Positions 10,401 through 25,500 of a stretch of DNA of 64,000 bases are shown piece by piece. Made by a program: the position numbers and the translations under genes. The stretch comes from Bugula neritina (Eukaryota > Animalia > Bryozoa). The DNA lies in NCBI GenBank assembly GCA_964035545.1, contig CAXIUT010000103.1:248001-312000 (forward strand), read 5' to 3'. Positions within the stretch are counted from its first letter, which is position 1. Each line of letters opens with the position of its first letter. The notes beneath the pieces are model-generated. The model was not told the DNA's origin. It worked only from the letters and a program-made list of their open reading frames with translations, and did not search any database.

Positions 10401-13400
10401 TGATTGTCCATCAGCAAAAGTTTTCGCCTTGCAGTTATTATGGAAATACCAGTGATGCTCGAAGACCTGTGCATTGTACACCTGCCTTTACTATTGAATT
10501 TAGATGTTTTATTTTCCCATATCCCCTCTCCTGCCCCCTGCCCCCTCTAACAACCAGCAATCCTGACTCATGTGAGTTGTGTTATTGTTCTAGAGTTGGC
10601 CCATGGGCCTACAGTATACGATTTGAAGCTTTATAGTTTACAGGCAGTGGAGATGAGTCACTGCTGAAACCCATGTTATTAGTAGACTATATTGCTCTTC
10701 AATCATCAGTTTTCATATTAAAAGAGAAAGCTCATCTGCAGCGCCATTTCACAGTGTTATATTTTGCTAGAGCAATAACTAATTTTAGATGCCTTTGCAA
10801 ACATATGAGAAATAACTGAGTCATTCTATGAAAAGAGGTGTTTGCAGCACTTGTCGACTTTTGATTTACACGCGGCATGGAAACTTTTGTAGTTTTAAAT
10901 AATATCTCCAAACTCATCACTTGCATGTGTTTAGATACTTGATGAAAATTTTTATGCATAACTTGATGCCTGCTTCAAAGACACCAGTGCTTAGTTACTG
11001 TGTTAAATGTATTGGCACGTTGCCATGAGATATTTGGTAATATTTCGCATCACAACAAACTCTTCAGAAAGTTAAGAAAATCAGTCTAGAAAGTTAATGA
11101 AATAAACCTACCAGAGAGAGTAAGCCAGATGTAACAAGTAGATCCAAAACAAGTTGATTAACAATTGAAGTTGAAATCTCCATGTAGTCAACACTTTAGT
11201 CCTAATGTCAAATGCAAACGTCTGCAACCAAACTGTGTAGACTTCATGAGCTGGTTAGCTGACAGGACTCATTAAAGTTCTTGACTCTTGTGTGTATAGT
11301 GATGCCCATCTTGAACCAGAGAAGGCTGACTGAAGACTGCTACTTTGTGAAAATTGACAATGCATATTATTATTATTCATTGTTGAGATTCACGACTGCC
11401 ATACACAATGATAAAATATTCATTGTTGGTACTACTGAGTAGAATAAAATATAATATAATATTATTTTCTGGACAGATAAATAATATCAAATGCATATTA
11501 TAACTTACCATAAATCTACAGTGCTTCACATCTTCACCTTTTTCTGCAATGTTATTTCTTTGCAGTTAGAAGTACTAGCTGAATATACGACTATGAAACA
11601 AAACCCTTCAATTTCATTGCACCAGCACCAGTTGCAAGATAGGTGTGTTGGGAGTTATCTTTCCCAAAATTTTGTTCTTGGTGTTTATACGAAGCAGACA
11701 CAGGCTAATATTAGTTTTGTAATTTGCAAGAGTTTTTCTGTCTGATTGTCCATCAGCAAAAGTTTTCGCCTTGCAGTTATTATGGAAATACCAGTGATGC
11801 TGGAAGACCTTTGCATTGTACACCCGCTTTTACTATTGAATTTAGATGTTTCATTTTCCCATCCCATCTCCTGCCCCCCCCCCTGTCCCCTCTAACAACC
11901 AGCAATCCTGACTCATGTGAATTGTGTTATTGTTCTAGAGTTGGCCCATGGGCCTACAGTATACGATTTGAAGCTTTATAGTTTACAGGCAGTGGAGATG
12001 AGTCACTGCTGAAACCCATTTTATTAGTAGACTATATTGCTCTTCAATCATCAGTTTTCATATTAAAAGAGAAAGCTCATCTGCAGCGCCATTTCACAGT
12101 GTTATATTTTGCTAGAGCAATAACTAATTTTAGATGCCTTTGCAAACATATGAGAAATAACTGAGTCATTCTATGAAAAGAGGTGTTTGCAGCACTTGTC
12201 CACTTTTGATTTACACGCGGCATGGAAACTTTTGTAGTTTTAAATAGTATCTCCAAACTCATCACTTGCATGCGTTTAGATATTTGATGAAAATTTTTAT
12301 GCATAACTTGATGCCTGCTTCAAAGACACCAGTGCTTAGTTACTGTGTTAAATGTATTGGCACGTTGCCATGAGATATTTGGTAATATTCCGCATCACAA
12401 CAAACTCTTCAGATAGTTAAGAAAATCAGTCTAGAAAGTTAATGAAATAAACCTACCAGAGAGAGTAAGCCAGATGTAACAAGTAGATCCAAAACAAGTT
12501 GATTAACAATTGAAGTTGAAATCTCCATGTAGTCAACACTTTAGTCCTAATGTCAAATGCAAACGTCTGCAACCAAACTGTGTAGACTTCATGAGCTGGT
12601 TAGCTGACAGGACTCATTAAAGTTCTTGACTCTTGTGTGTATAGTGATGCCCATCTTGAACCAGAGAGGGCTGACTGAAGACTGCTACTTTGTGAAAATT
12701 GACAATGCATATTATTATTATTCATTGTTGAGATTCACGACTGCCATACACAATGATAAAATATTCATTGTTGGTACTACTGAGTAGAATAAAATATAAT
12801 ATAATATTATTTTCTGGACAGATAAATAATATCAAATGCATATTATAACTTACCATAAATCTACAGTGCTTCACATCTTCACCTTTTTCTGCAATGTTAT
12901 TTCTTTGCAGTTAGAAGTACTAGCTGAATATACGACTATGAAACAAAACCCTTCAATTTCATTGCACCAGCACCAGTTGCAAGATAGGTGTGTTGGGAGT
13001 TATCTTTCCCAAAATTTTGTTCTTGGTGTTTATACGAAGCAGACACAGGCTAATATTAGTTTTGTAATTTGCAAGAGTTTTTCTGTCTGATTGTCCATCA
13101 GCAAAAGTTTTCGCCTTGCAGTTATTATGGAAATACCAGTGATGCTCGAAGACCTGTGCATTGTACACCTGCCTTTACTATTGAATTTAGATGTTTTATT
13201 TTCCCATATCCCCTCTCCTGCCCCCTGCCCCCTCTAACAACCAGCAATCCTGACTCATGTGAGTTGTGTTATTGTTCTAGAGTTGGCCCATGGGCCTACA
13301 GTATACGATTTGAAGCTTTATAGTTTACAGGCAGTGGAGATGAGTCACTGCTGAAACCCATGTTATTAGTAGACTATATTGCTCTTCAATCATCAGTTTT

Positions 13401-15522
13401 CATATTAAAAGAGAAAGCTCATCTGCAGCGCCATTTCACAGTGTTATATTTTGCTAGAGCAATAACTAATTTTAGATGCCTTTGCAAACATATGAGAAAT
13501 AACTGAGTCATTCTATGAAAAGAGGTGTTTGCAGCACTTGTCGACTTTTGATTTACACGCGGCATGGAAACTTTTGTAGTTTTAAATAATATCTCCAAAC
13601 TCATCACTTGCATGTGTTTAGATACTTGATGAAAATTTTTATGCATAACTTGATGCCTGCTTCAAAGACACCAGTGCTTAGTTACTGTGTTAAATGTATT
13701 GGCACGTTGCCATGAGATATTTGGTAATATTTCGCATCACAACAAACTCTTCAGAAAGTTAAGAAAATCAGTCTAGAAAGTTAATGAAATAAACCTACCA
13801 GAGAGAGTAAGCCAGATGTAACAAGTAGATCCAAAACAAGTTGATTAACAATTGAAGTTGAAATCTCCATGTAGTCAACACTTTAGTCCTAATGTCAAAT
13901 GCAAACGTCTGCAACCAAACTGTGTAGACTTCATGAGCTGGTTAGCTGACAGGACTCATTAAAGTTCTTGACTCTTGTGTGTATAGTGATGCCCATCTTG
14001 AACCAGAGAAGGCTGACTGAAGACTGCTACTTTGTGAAAATTGACAATGCATATTATTATTATTCATTGTTGAGATTCACGACTGCCATACACAATGATA
14101 AAATATTCATTGTTGGTACTACTGAGTAGAATAAAATATAATATAATATTATTTTCTGGACAGATAAATAATATCAAATGCATATTATAACTTACCATAA
14201 ATCTACAGTGCTTCACATCTTCACCTTTTTCTGCAATGTTATTTCTTTGCAGTTAGAAGTACTAGCTGAATATACGACTATGAAACAAAACCCTTCAATT
14301 TCATTGCACCAGCACCAGTTGCAAGATAGGTGTGTTGGGAGTTATCTTTCCCAAAATTTTGTTCTTGGTGTTTATACGAAGCAGACACAGGCTAATATTA
14401 GTTTTGTAATTTGCAAGAGTTTTTCTGTCTGATTGTCCATCAGCAAAAGTTTTCGCCTTGCAGTTATTATGGAAATACCAGTGATGCTGGAAGACCTTTG
14501 CATTGTACACCCGCTTTTACTATTGAATTTAGATGTTTCATTTTCCCATCCCATCTCCTGCCCCCCCCCCTGTCCCCTCTAACAACCAGCAATCCTGACT
14601 CATGTGAATTGTGTTATTGTTCTAGAGTTGGCCCATGGGCCTACAGTATACGATTTGAAGCTTTATAGTTTACAGGCAGTGGAGATGAGTCACTGCTGAA
14701 ACCCATTTTATTAGTAGACTATATTGCTCTTCAATCATCAGTTTTCATATTAAAAGAGAAAGCTCATCTGCAGCGCCATTTCACAGTGTTATATTTTGCT
14801 AGAGCAATAACTAATTTTAGATGCCTTTGCAAACATATGAGAAATAACTGAGTCATTCTATGAAAAGAGGTGTTTGCAGCACTTGTCCACTTTTGATTTA
14901 CACGCGGCATGGAAACTTTTGTAGTTTTAAATAGTATCTCCAAACTCATCACTTGCATGCGTTTAGATATTTGATGAAAATTTTTATGCATAACTTGATG
15001 CCTGCTTCAAAGACACCAGTGCTTAGTTACTGTGTTAAATGTATTGGCACGTTGCCATGAGATATTTGGTAATATTCCGCATCACAACAAACTCTTCAGA
15101 TAGTTAAGAAAATCAGTCTAGAAAGTTAATGAAATAAACCTACCAGAGAGAGTAAGCCAGATGTAACAAGTAGATCCAAAACAAGTTGATTAACAATTGA
15201 AGTTGAAATCTCCATGTAGTCAACACTTTAGTCCTAATGTCAAATGCAAACGTCTGCAACCAAACTGTGTAGACTTCATGAGCTGGTTAGCTGACAGGAC
15301 TCATTAAAGTTCTTGACTCTTGTGTGTATAGTGATGCCCATCTTGAACCAGAGAGGGCTGACTGAAGACTGCTACTTTGTGAAAATTGACAATGCATATT
15401 ATTATTATTCATTGTTGAGATTCACGACTGCCATACACAATGATAAAATATTCATTGTTGGTACTACTGAGTAGAATAAAATATAATATAATATTATTTT
15501 CTGGACAGATAAATAATATCAA
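7462..15522. repeat. Dimeric higher-order repeat (A 1342 bp + B 1345 bp = 2687 bp), 3 copies
   Basis: Marker spacings alternate 1342/1345. Type A has CTCGAAG, CCCCCTGCCCCC and a downstream GTCGAC. Type B has CTGGAAG, a C10 tract and downstream GTCCAC/ATGCGTT. Confidence 0.92.
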
Positions 15523-18500
15523 ATGCATATTATAACTTACCATAAATCTACAGTGCTTCACATCTTCACCTTTTTCTGCAATGTTATTTCTTTGCAGTTA
15601 GAAGTACTAGCTGAATATACGACTATGAAACAAAACCCTTCAATTTCATTGCACCAGCACCAGTTGCAAGATAGGTGTGTTGGGAGTTATCTTTCCCAAA
15701 ATTTTGTTCTTGGTGTTTATACGAAGCAGACACAGGCTAATATTAGTTTTGTAATTTGCAAGAGTTTTTCTGTCTGATTGTCCATCAGCAAAAGTTTTCG
15801 CCTTGCAGTTATTATGGAAATACCAGTGATGCTCGAAGACCTGTGCATTGTACACCTGCCTTTACTATTGAATTTAGATGTTTTATTTTCCCATATCCCC
15901 TCTCCTGCCCCCTGCCCCCTCTAACAACCAGCAATCCTGACTCATGTGAGTTGTGTTATTGTTCTAGAGTTGGCCCATGGGCCTACAGTATACGATTTGA
16001 AGCTTTATAGTTTACAGGCAGTGGAGATGAGTCACTGCTGAAACCCATTTTATTAGTAGACTATATTGCTCTTCAATCATCAGTTTTCATATTAAAAGAG
16101 AAAGCTCATCTGCAGCGCCATTTCACAGTGTTATATTTTGCTAGAGCAATAACTAATTTTAGATGCCTTTGCAAACATATGAGAAATAACTGAGTCATTC
16201 TATGAAAAGAGGTGTTTGCAGCACTTGTCCACTTTTGATTTACACGCGGCATGGAAACTTTTGTAGTTTTAAATAGTATCTCCAAACTCATCACTTGCAT
16301 GCGTTTAGATATTTGATGAAAATTTTTATGCATAACTTGATGCCTGCTTCAAAGACACCAGTGCTTAGTTACTGTGTTAAATGTATTGGCACGTTGCCAT
16401 GAGATATTTGGTAATATTCCGCATCACAACAAACTCTTCAGATAGTTAAGAAAATCAGTCTAGAAAGTTAATGAAATAAACCTGCCAGAGAGAGTAAGCC
16501 AGATGTAACAAGTAGATCCAAAACAAGTTGATTAACAATTGAAGTTGAAATCTCCATGTAGTCAACACTTTAGTCCTAATGTCAAATGCAAACGTCTGCA
16601 ACCAAACTGTGTAGACTTCATGAGCTGGTTAGCTGACAGGACTCATTAAAGTTCTTAACTCTTGTGTGTATAGTGATGCCCATCTTGAACCAGAGAGGGC
16701 TGACTGAAGACTGCTACTTTGTGAAAATTGACAATGCATATTATTATTATTCATTGTTGAGATTCACGACTGCCATACACAATGATAAAATATTCATTGT
16801 TGGTACTACTGAGTAGAATAAAATATAATATAATATTATTTTCTGGACAGATAAATAATATCAAATGCATATTATAACTTACCATAAATCTACAGTGCTT
16901 CACATCTTCACCTTTTTCTGCAATGTTATTTCTTTGCAGTTAGAAGTACTAGCTGAATATACGACTATGAAACAAAACCCTTCAATTTCATTGCACCAGC
17001 ACCAGTTGCAAGATAGGTGTGTTGGGAGTTATCTTTCCCAAAATTTTGTTCTTGGTGTTTATACGAAGCAGACACAGGCTAATATTAGTTTTGTAATTTG
17101 CAAGAGTTTTTCTGTCTGATTGTCCATCAGCAAAAGTTTTCACCTTGCAGTTATTATGGAAATACCAGTGATGCTCGAAGACCTGTGCATTGTACACCTG
17201 CCTTTACTATTGAATTTAGATGTTTTATTTTCCCATATCCCCTCTCCTGCCCCCTGCCCCCTCTAACAACCAGCAATCCTGACTCATGTGAGTTGTGTTA
17301 TTGTTCTAGAGTTGGCCCATGGGCCTACAGTATACGATTTGAAGCTTTATAGTTTACAGGCAGTGGAGATGAGTCACTGCTGAAACCCATGTTATTAGTA
17401 GACTATATTGCTCTTCAATCATCAGTTTTCATATTAAAAGAGAAAGCTCATCTGCAGCGCCATTTCACAGTGTTATATTTTGCTAGAGCAATAACTAATT
17501 TTAGATGCCTTTGCAAACATATGAGAAATAAATGAGTCAGTCTATGAAAAGAGGTGTTTGCAGCAATTGTCCACTTTTGATTTACACGCGGCATGGAAAC
17601 TTTTGTAGTTTTAAATAATACCTCCAAACTCATCACTTGCATGTGTTTAGATACCTGATAAATTATTTTATGCAAAACTTGATGCCTGCTTCAAAGACAC
17701 CAGTGCTTAATTACTGTGTTAACTGTATTGGCACGTTGCCATGAGATATTTGGTAATATTTCGCATCACAACAAACTCTTCAGAAAGTTAAGAAAATCAG
17801 TATAGAAAGTTAATGAAATAAACCTACCAGAGAGAGTAAGCCAGATGTAACAAGTAGATCCAAAACAAGTTGATTAACAATTGAAGTTGAAATCTCCATG
17901 TAGTCAACACTTTAGTCCTAATGTCAAATGCAAACGTCTGCAACCAAACTGTGTAGACTTCATGAGCTGGTTAGCTGACAGGACTCATTAAAGTTCTTAA
18001 TTCTTGTGTGTATAGTGATGTCCATCTTGTACTAGAGAGGGCTGACTGAAGACTGCTATTTTGTGAAAATTGACAATGCACATTATTATTATTCATTGTT
18101 GAGATTCACGACTGCCATAAACAATGATAAAATATTCATTGTTGGTACTACTGAGTAGAATAAAATATAATATAATATTATTTTCTGGACAGATAAATAA
18201 TATCAAATGCATATTATAACTTACCATAAATCTACAGTGCTTCACATCTTCACCTTTTTCTGCAATGTTATTTCTTTGCAGTTAGAAGTACTAGCTGAAT
18301 ATACGACTATGAAACAAAACCCTTCAATTTCATTGCACCAGCACCAGTTGCAAGATAGGTGTGTTGGGAGTTATCTTTCCCAAAATTTTGTTCTTGGTGT
18401 TTATACGAAGCAGACACAGGCTAATATTAGTTTTGTAATTTGCAAAAGTTTTTCTGTCTGATTGTCCATCAGCAAAAGTTTTCGCCTTGCAGTTATTATG

Positions 18501-19551
18501 GAAATACCAGTGATGCTGTAAGACCTTTGCATTGTACACCCGCTTTTACTATTGAATTTAGATGTTTCATTTTCCCATCCCATCTCCTGCCCCCCCCCCT
18601 GTCCCCTCTAACAACCAGCAATCCTGACTCATGTGAATTGTGTTATTGTTCTAGAGTTGGCCCATGGGCCTACAGTATACGATTTGAAGCTTTATAGTTT
18701 ACAGGCAGTTGAGATGAGTCACTGCTGAAACCCATTTTATTAGTAGACTATATTGCTCTTCAATCATCAGTTTTCATATTAAAAGAGAAAGCTCATCTGC
18801 AGCGCCATTTCACAGTGTTATATTTTGCTAGAGCAATAACTAATTTTAGATGCCTTTGCAAACATATGAGAAATAACTGAGTCATTCTATGAAAAGAGGT
18901 GTTTGCAGCACTTGTCCACTTTTGATTTACACGCGGCATGGAAACTTTTGTAGTTTTAAATAGTATCTCCAAACTCATCACTTGCATGCGTTTAGATATT
19001 TGATGAAAATTTTTATGCATAACTTGATGCCTGCTTCAAAGACACCAGTGCTTAGTTACTGTGTTAAATGTATTGGCACGTTGCCATGAAATATTTGGTA
19101 ATATTCCGCATCACAACAAACTCTTCAGATAGTTAAGAAAATCAGTCTAGAAAGTTAATGAAATAAACCTACCAGAGAGAGTAAGCCAGATGTAACAAGT
19201 AGATCCAAAACAAGTTGATTAACAATTGAAGTTGAAATCTCCATGTAGTCAACACTTTAGTCCTAATGTCAAATGCAAACGTCTGCAACCAAACTGTGTA
19301 GACTTCATGAGCTGGTTAGCTGACAGGACTCATTAAAGTTCTTGACTCTTGTGTGTATAGTGATGCCCATCTTGAACCAGAGAGGGCTGACTGAAGACTG
19401 CTACTTTGTGAAAATTGACAATGCATATTATTATTATTCATTGTTGAGATTCACGACTGCCATACACAATGATAAAATATTCATTGTTGGTACTACTGAG
19501 TAGAATAAAATATAATATAATATTATTTTCTGGACAGATAAATAATATCAA

Positions 19552-22500
19552 ATGCATATTATAACTTACCATAAATCTACAGTGCTTCACATCTTCACCT
19601 TTTTCTGCAATGTTATTTCTTTGCAGTTAGAAGTACTAGCTGAATATACGACTATGAAACAAAACCCTTCAATTTCATTGCACCAGCACCAGTTGCAAGA
19701 TAGGTGTGTTGGGAGTTATCTTTCCCAAAATTTTGTTCTTGGTGTTTATACGAAGCAGACACAGGCTAATATTAGTTTTGTAATTTGCAAGAGTTTTTCT
19801 GTCTGATTGTCCATCAGCAAAAGTTTTCGCCTTGCAGTTATTATGGAAATACCAGTGATGCTCGAAGACCTGTGCATTGTACACCTGCCTTTACTATTGA
19901 ATTTAGATGTTTTATTTTCCCATATCCCCTCTCCTGCCCCCTGCCCCCTCTAACAACCAGCAATCCTGACTCATGTGAGTTGTGTTATTGTTCTAGAGTT
20001 GGCCCATGGGCCTACAGTATACGATTTGAAGCTTTATAGTTTACAGGCAGTGGAGATGAGTCACTGCTGAAACCCATGTTATTAGTAGACTATATTGCTC
20101 TTCAATCATCAGTTTTCATATTAAAAGAGAAAGCTCATCTGCAGCGCCATTTCACAGTGTTATATTTTGCTAGAGCAATAACTAATTTTAGATGCCTTTG
20201 CAAACATATGAGAAATAACTGAGTCATTCTATGAAAAGAGGTGTTTGCAGCACTTGTCGACTTTTGATTTACACGCGGCATGGAAACTTTTGTAGTTTTA
20301 AATAATATCTCCAAACTCATCACTTGCATGTGTTTAGATACTTGATGAAAATTTTTATGCATAACTTGATGCCTGCTTCAAAGACACCAGTGCTTAGTTA
20401 CTGTGTTAAATGTATTGGCACGTTGCCATGAGATATTTGGTAATATTTCGCATCACAACAAACTCTTCAGAAAGTTAAGAAAATCAGTCTAGAAAGTTAA
20501 TGAAATAAACCTACCAGAGAGAGTAAGCCAGATGTAACAAGTAGATCCAAAACAAGTTGATTAACAATTGAAGTTGAAATCTCCATGTAGTCAACACTTT
20601 AGTCCTAATGTCAAATGCAAACGTCTGCAACCAAACTGTGTAGACTTCATGAGCTGGTTAGCTGACAGGACTCATTAAAGTTCTTGACTCTTGTGTGTAT
20701 AGTGATGCCCATCTTGAACCAGAGAAGGCTGACTGAAGACTGCTACTTTGTGAAAATTGACAATGCATATTATTATTATTCATTGTTGAGATTCACGACT
20801 GCCATACACAATGATAAAATATTCATTGTTGGTACTACTGAGTAGAATAAAATATAATATAATATTATTTTCTGGACAGATAAATAATATCAAATGCATA
20901 TTATAACTTACCATAAATCTACAGTGCTTCACATCTTCACCTTTTTCTGCAATGTTATTTCTTTGCAGTTAGAAGTACTAGCTGAATATACGACTATGAA
21001 ACAAAACCCTTCAATTTCATTGCACCAGCACCAGTTGCAAGATAGGTGTGTTGGGAGTTATCTTTCCCAAAATTTTGTTCTTGGTGTTTATACGAAGCAG
21101 ACACAGGCTAATATTAGTTTTGTAATTTGCAAGAGTTTTTCTGTCTGATTGTCCATCAGCAAAAGTTTTCGCCTTGCAGTTATTATGGAAATACCAGTGA
21201 TGCTGGAAGACCTTTGCATTGTACACCCGCTTTTACTATTGAATTTAGATGTTTCATTTTCCCATCCCATCTCCTGCCCCCCCCCCTGTCCCCTCTAACA
21301 ACCAGCAATCCTGACTCATGTGAGTTGTGTTATTGTTCTAGAGTTGGCCCATGGGCCTACAGTATACGATTTGAAGCTTTATAGTTTACAGGCAGTGGAG
21401 ATGAGTCACTGCTGAAACCCATTTTATTAGTAGACTATATTGCTCTTCAATCATCAGTTTTCATATTAAAAGAGAAAGCTCATCTGCAGCGCCATTTCAC
21501 AGTGTTATATTTTGCTAGAGCAATAACTAATTTTAGATGCCTTTGCAAACATATGAGAAATAACTGAGTCATTCTATGAAAAGAGGTGTTTGCAGCACTT
21601 GTCCACTTTTGATTTACACGCGGCATGGAAACTTTTGTAGTTTTAAATAGTATCTCCAAACTCATCACTTGCATGCGTTTAGATATTTGATGAAAATTTT
21701 TATGCATAACTTGATGCCTGCTTCAAAGACACCAGTGCTTAGTTACTGTGTTAAATGTATTGGCACGTTGCCATGAAATATTTGGTAATATTCCGCATCA
21801 CAACAAACTCTTCAGATAGTTAAGAAAATCAGTCTAGAAAGTTAATGAAATAAACCTACCAGAGAGAGTAAGCCAGATGTAACAAGTAGATCCAAAACAA
21901 GTTGATTAACAATTGAAGTTGAAATCTCCATGTAGTCAACACTTTAGTCCTAATGTCAAATGCAAACGTCTGCAACCAAACTGTGTAGACTTCATGAGCT
22001 GGTTAGCTGACAGGACTCATTAAAGTTCTTGACTCTTGTGTGTATAGTGATGCCCATCTTGAACCAGAGAGGGCTGACTGAAGACTGCTACTTTGTGAAA
22101 ATTGACAATGCATATTATTATTATTCATTGTTGAGATTCACGACTGCCATACACAATGATAAAATATTCATTGTTGGTACTACTGAGTAGAATAAAATAT
22201 AATATAATATTATTTTCTGGACAGATAAATAATATCAAATGCATATTATAACTTACCATAAATCTACAGTGCTTCACATCTTCACCTTTTTCTGCAATGT
22301 TATTTCTTTGCAGTTAGAAGTACTAGCTGAATATACGACTATGAAACAAAACCCTTCAATTTCATTGCACCAGCACCAGTTGCAAGATAGGTGTGTTGGG
22401 AGTTATCTTTCCCAAAATTTTGTTCTTGGTGTTTATACGAAGCAGACACAGGCTAATATTAGTTTTGTAATTTGCAAGAGTTTTTCTGTCTGATTGTCCA

Positions 22501-25500
22501 TCAGCAAAAGTTTTCGCCTTGCAGTTATTATGGAAATACCAGTGATGCTCGAAGACCTGTGCATTGTACACCTGCCTTTACTATTGAATTTAGATGTTTT
22601 ATTTTCCCATATCCCCTCTCCTGCCCCCTGCCCCCTCTAACAACCAGCAATCCTGACTCATGTGAGTTGTGTTATTGTTCTAGAGTTGGCCCATGGGCCT
22701 ACAGTATACGATTTGAAGCTTTATAGTTTACAGGCAGTGGAGATGAGTCACTGCTGAAACCCATGTTATTAGTAGACTATATTGCTCTTCAATCATCAGT
22801 TTTCATATTAAAAGAGAAAGCTCATCTGCAGCGCCATTTCACAGTGTTATATTTTGCTAGAGCAATAACTAATTTTAGATGCCTTTGCAAACATATGAGA
22901 AATAACTGAGTCATTCTATGAAAAGAGGTGTTTGCAGCACTTGTCGACTTTTGATTTACACGCGGCATGGAAACTTTTGTAGTTTTAAATAATATCTCCA
23001 AACTCATCACTTGCATGTGTTTAGATACTTGATGAAAATTTTTATGCATAACTTGATGCCTGCTTCAAAGACACCAGTGCTTAGTTACTGTGTTAAATGT
23101 ATTGGCACGTTGCCATGAGATATTTGGTAATATTTCGCATCACAACAAACTCTTCAGAAAGTTAAGAAAATCAGTCTAGAAAGTTAATGAAATAAACCTA
23201 CCAGAGAGAGTAAGCCAGATGTAACAAGTAGATCCAAAACAAGTTGATTAACAATTGAAGTTGAAATCTCCATGTAGTCAACACTTTAGTCCTAATGTCA
23301 AATGCAAACGTCTGCAACCAAACTGTGTAGACTTCATGAGCTGGTTAGCTGACAGGACTCATTAAAGTTCTTGACTCTTGTGTGTATAGTGATGCCCATC
23401 TTGAACCAGAGAAGGCTGACTGAAGACTGCTACTTTGTGAAAATTGACAATGCATATTATTATTATTCATTGTTGAGATTCACGACTGCCATACACAATG
23501 ATAAAATATTCATTGTTGGTACTACTGAGTAGAATAAAATATAATATAATATTATTTTCTGGACAGATAAATAATATCAAATGCATATTATAACTTACCA
23601 TAAATCTACAGTGCTTCACATCTTCACCTTTTTCTGCAATGTTATTTCTTTGCAGTTAGAAGTACTAGCTGAATATACGACTATGAAACAAAACCCTTCA
23701 ATTTCATTGCACCAGCACCAGTTGCAAGATAGGTGTGTTGGGAGTTATCTTTCCCAAAATTTTGTTCTTGGTGTTTATACGAAGCAGACACAGGCTAATA
23801 TTAGTTTTGTAATTTGCAAGAGTTTTTCTGTCTGATTGTCCATCAGCAAAAGTTTTCGCCTTGCAGTTATTATGGAAATACCAGTGATGCTGGAAGACCT
23901 TTGCATTGTACACCCGCTTTTACTATTGAATTTAGATGTTTCATTTTCCCATCCCATCTCCTGCCCCCCCCCCTGTCCCCTCTAACAACCAGCAATCCTG
24001 ACTCATGTGAATTGTGTTATTGTTCTAGAGTTGGCCCATGGGCCTACAGTATACGATTTGAAGCTTTATAGTTTACAGGCAGTGGAGATGAGTCACTGCT
24101 GAAACCCATTTTATTAGTAGACTATATTGCTCTTCAATCATCAGTTTTCATATTAAAAGAGAAAGCTCATCTGCAGCGCCATTTCACAGTGTTATATTTT
24201 GCTAGAGCAATAACTAATTTTAGATGCCTTTGCAAACATATGAGAAATAACTGAGTCATTCTATGAAAAGAGGTGTTTGCAGCACTTGTCCACTTTTGAT
24301 TTACACGCGGCATGGAAACTTTTGTAGTTTTAAATAGTATCTCCAAACTCATCACTTGCATGCGTTTAGATATTTGATGAAAATTTTTATGCATAACTTG
24401 ATGCCTGCTTCAAAGACACCAGTGCTTAGTTACTGTGTTAAATGTATTGGCACGTTGCCATGAGATATTTGGTAATATTCCGCATCACAACAAACTCTTC
24501 AGATAGTTAAGAAAATCAGTCTAGAAAGTTAATGAAATAAACCTACCAGAGAGAGTAAGCCAGATGTAACAAGTAGATCCAAAACAAGTTGATTAACAAT
24601 TGAAGTTGAAATCTCCATGTAGTCAACACTTTAGTCCTAATGTCAAATGCAAACGTCTGCAACCAAACTGTGTAGACTTCATGAGCTGGTTAGCTGACAG
24701 GACTCATTAAAGTTCTTGACTCTTGTGTGTATAGTGATGCCCATCTTGAACCAGAGAGGGCTGACTGAAGACTGCTACTTTGTGAAAATTGACAATGCAT
24801 ATTATTATTATTCATTGTTGAGATTCACGACTGCCATACACAATGATAAAATATTCATTGTTGGTACTACTGAGTAGAATAAAATATAATATAATATTAT
24901 TTTCTGGACAGATAAATAATATCAAATGCATATTATAACTTACCATAAATCTACAGTGCTTCACATCTTCACCTTTTTCTGCAATGTTATTTCTTTGCAG
25001 TTAGAAGTACTAGCTGAATATACGACTATGAAACAAAACCCTTCAATTTCATTGCACCAGCACCAGTTGCAAGATAGGTGTGTTGGGAGTTATCTTTCCC
25101 AAAATTTTGTTCTTGGTGTTTATACGAAGCAGACACAGGCTAATATTAGTTTTGTAATTTGCAAGAGTTTTTCTGTCTGATTGTCCATCAGCAAAAGTTT
25201 TCGCCTTGCAGTTATTATGGAAATACCAGTGATGCTCGAAGACCTGTGCATTGTACACCTGCCTTTACTATTGAATTTAGATGTTTTATTTTCCCATATC
25301 CCCTCTCCTGCCCCCTGCCCCCTCTAACAACCAGCAATCCTGACTCATGTGAGTTGTGTTATTGTTCTAGAGTTGGCCCATGGGCCTACAGTATACGATT
25401 TGAAGCTTTATAGTTTACAGGCAGTGGAGATGAGTCACTGCTGAAACCCATGTTATTAGTAGACTATATTGCTCTTCAATCATCAGTTTTCATATTAAAA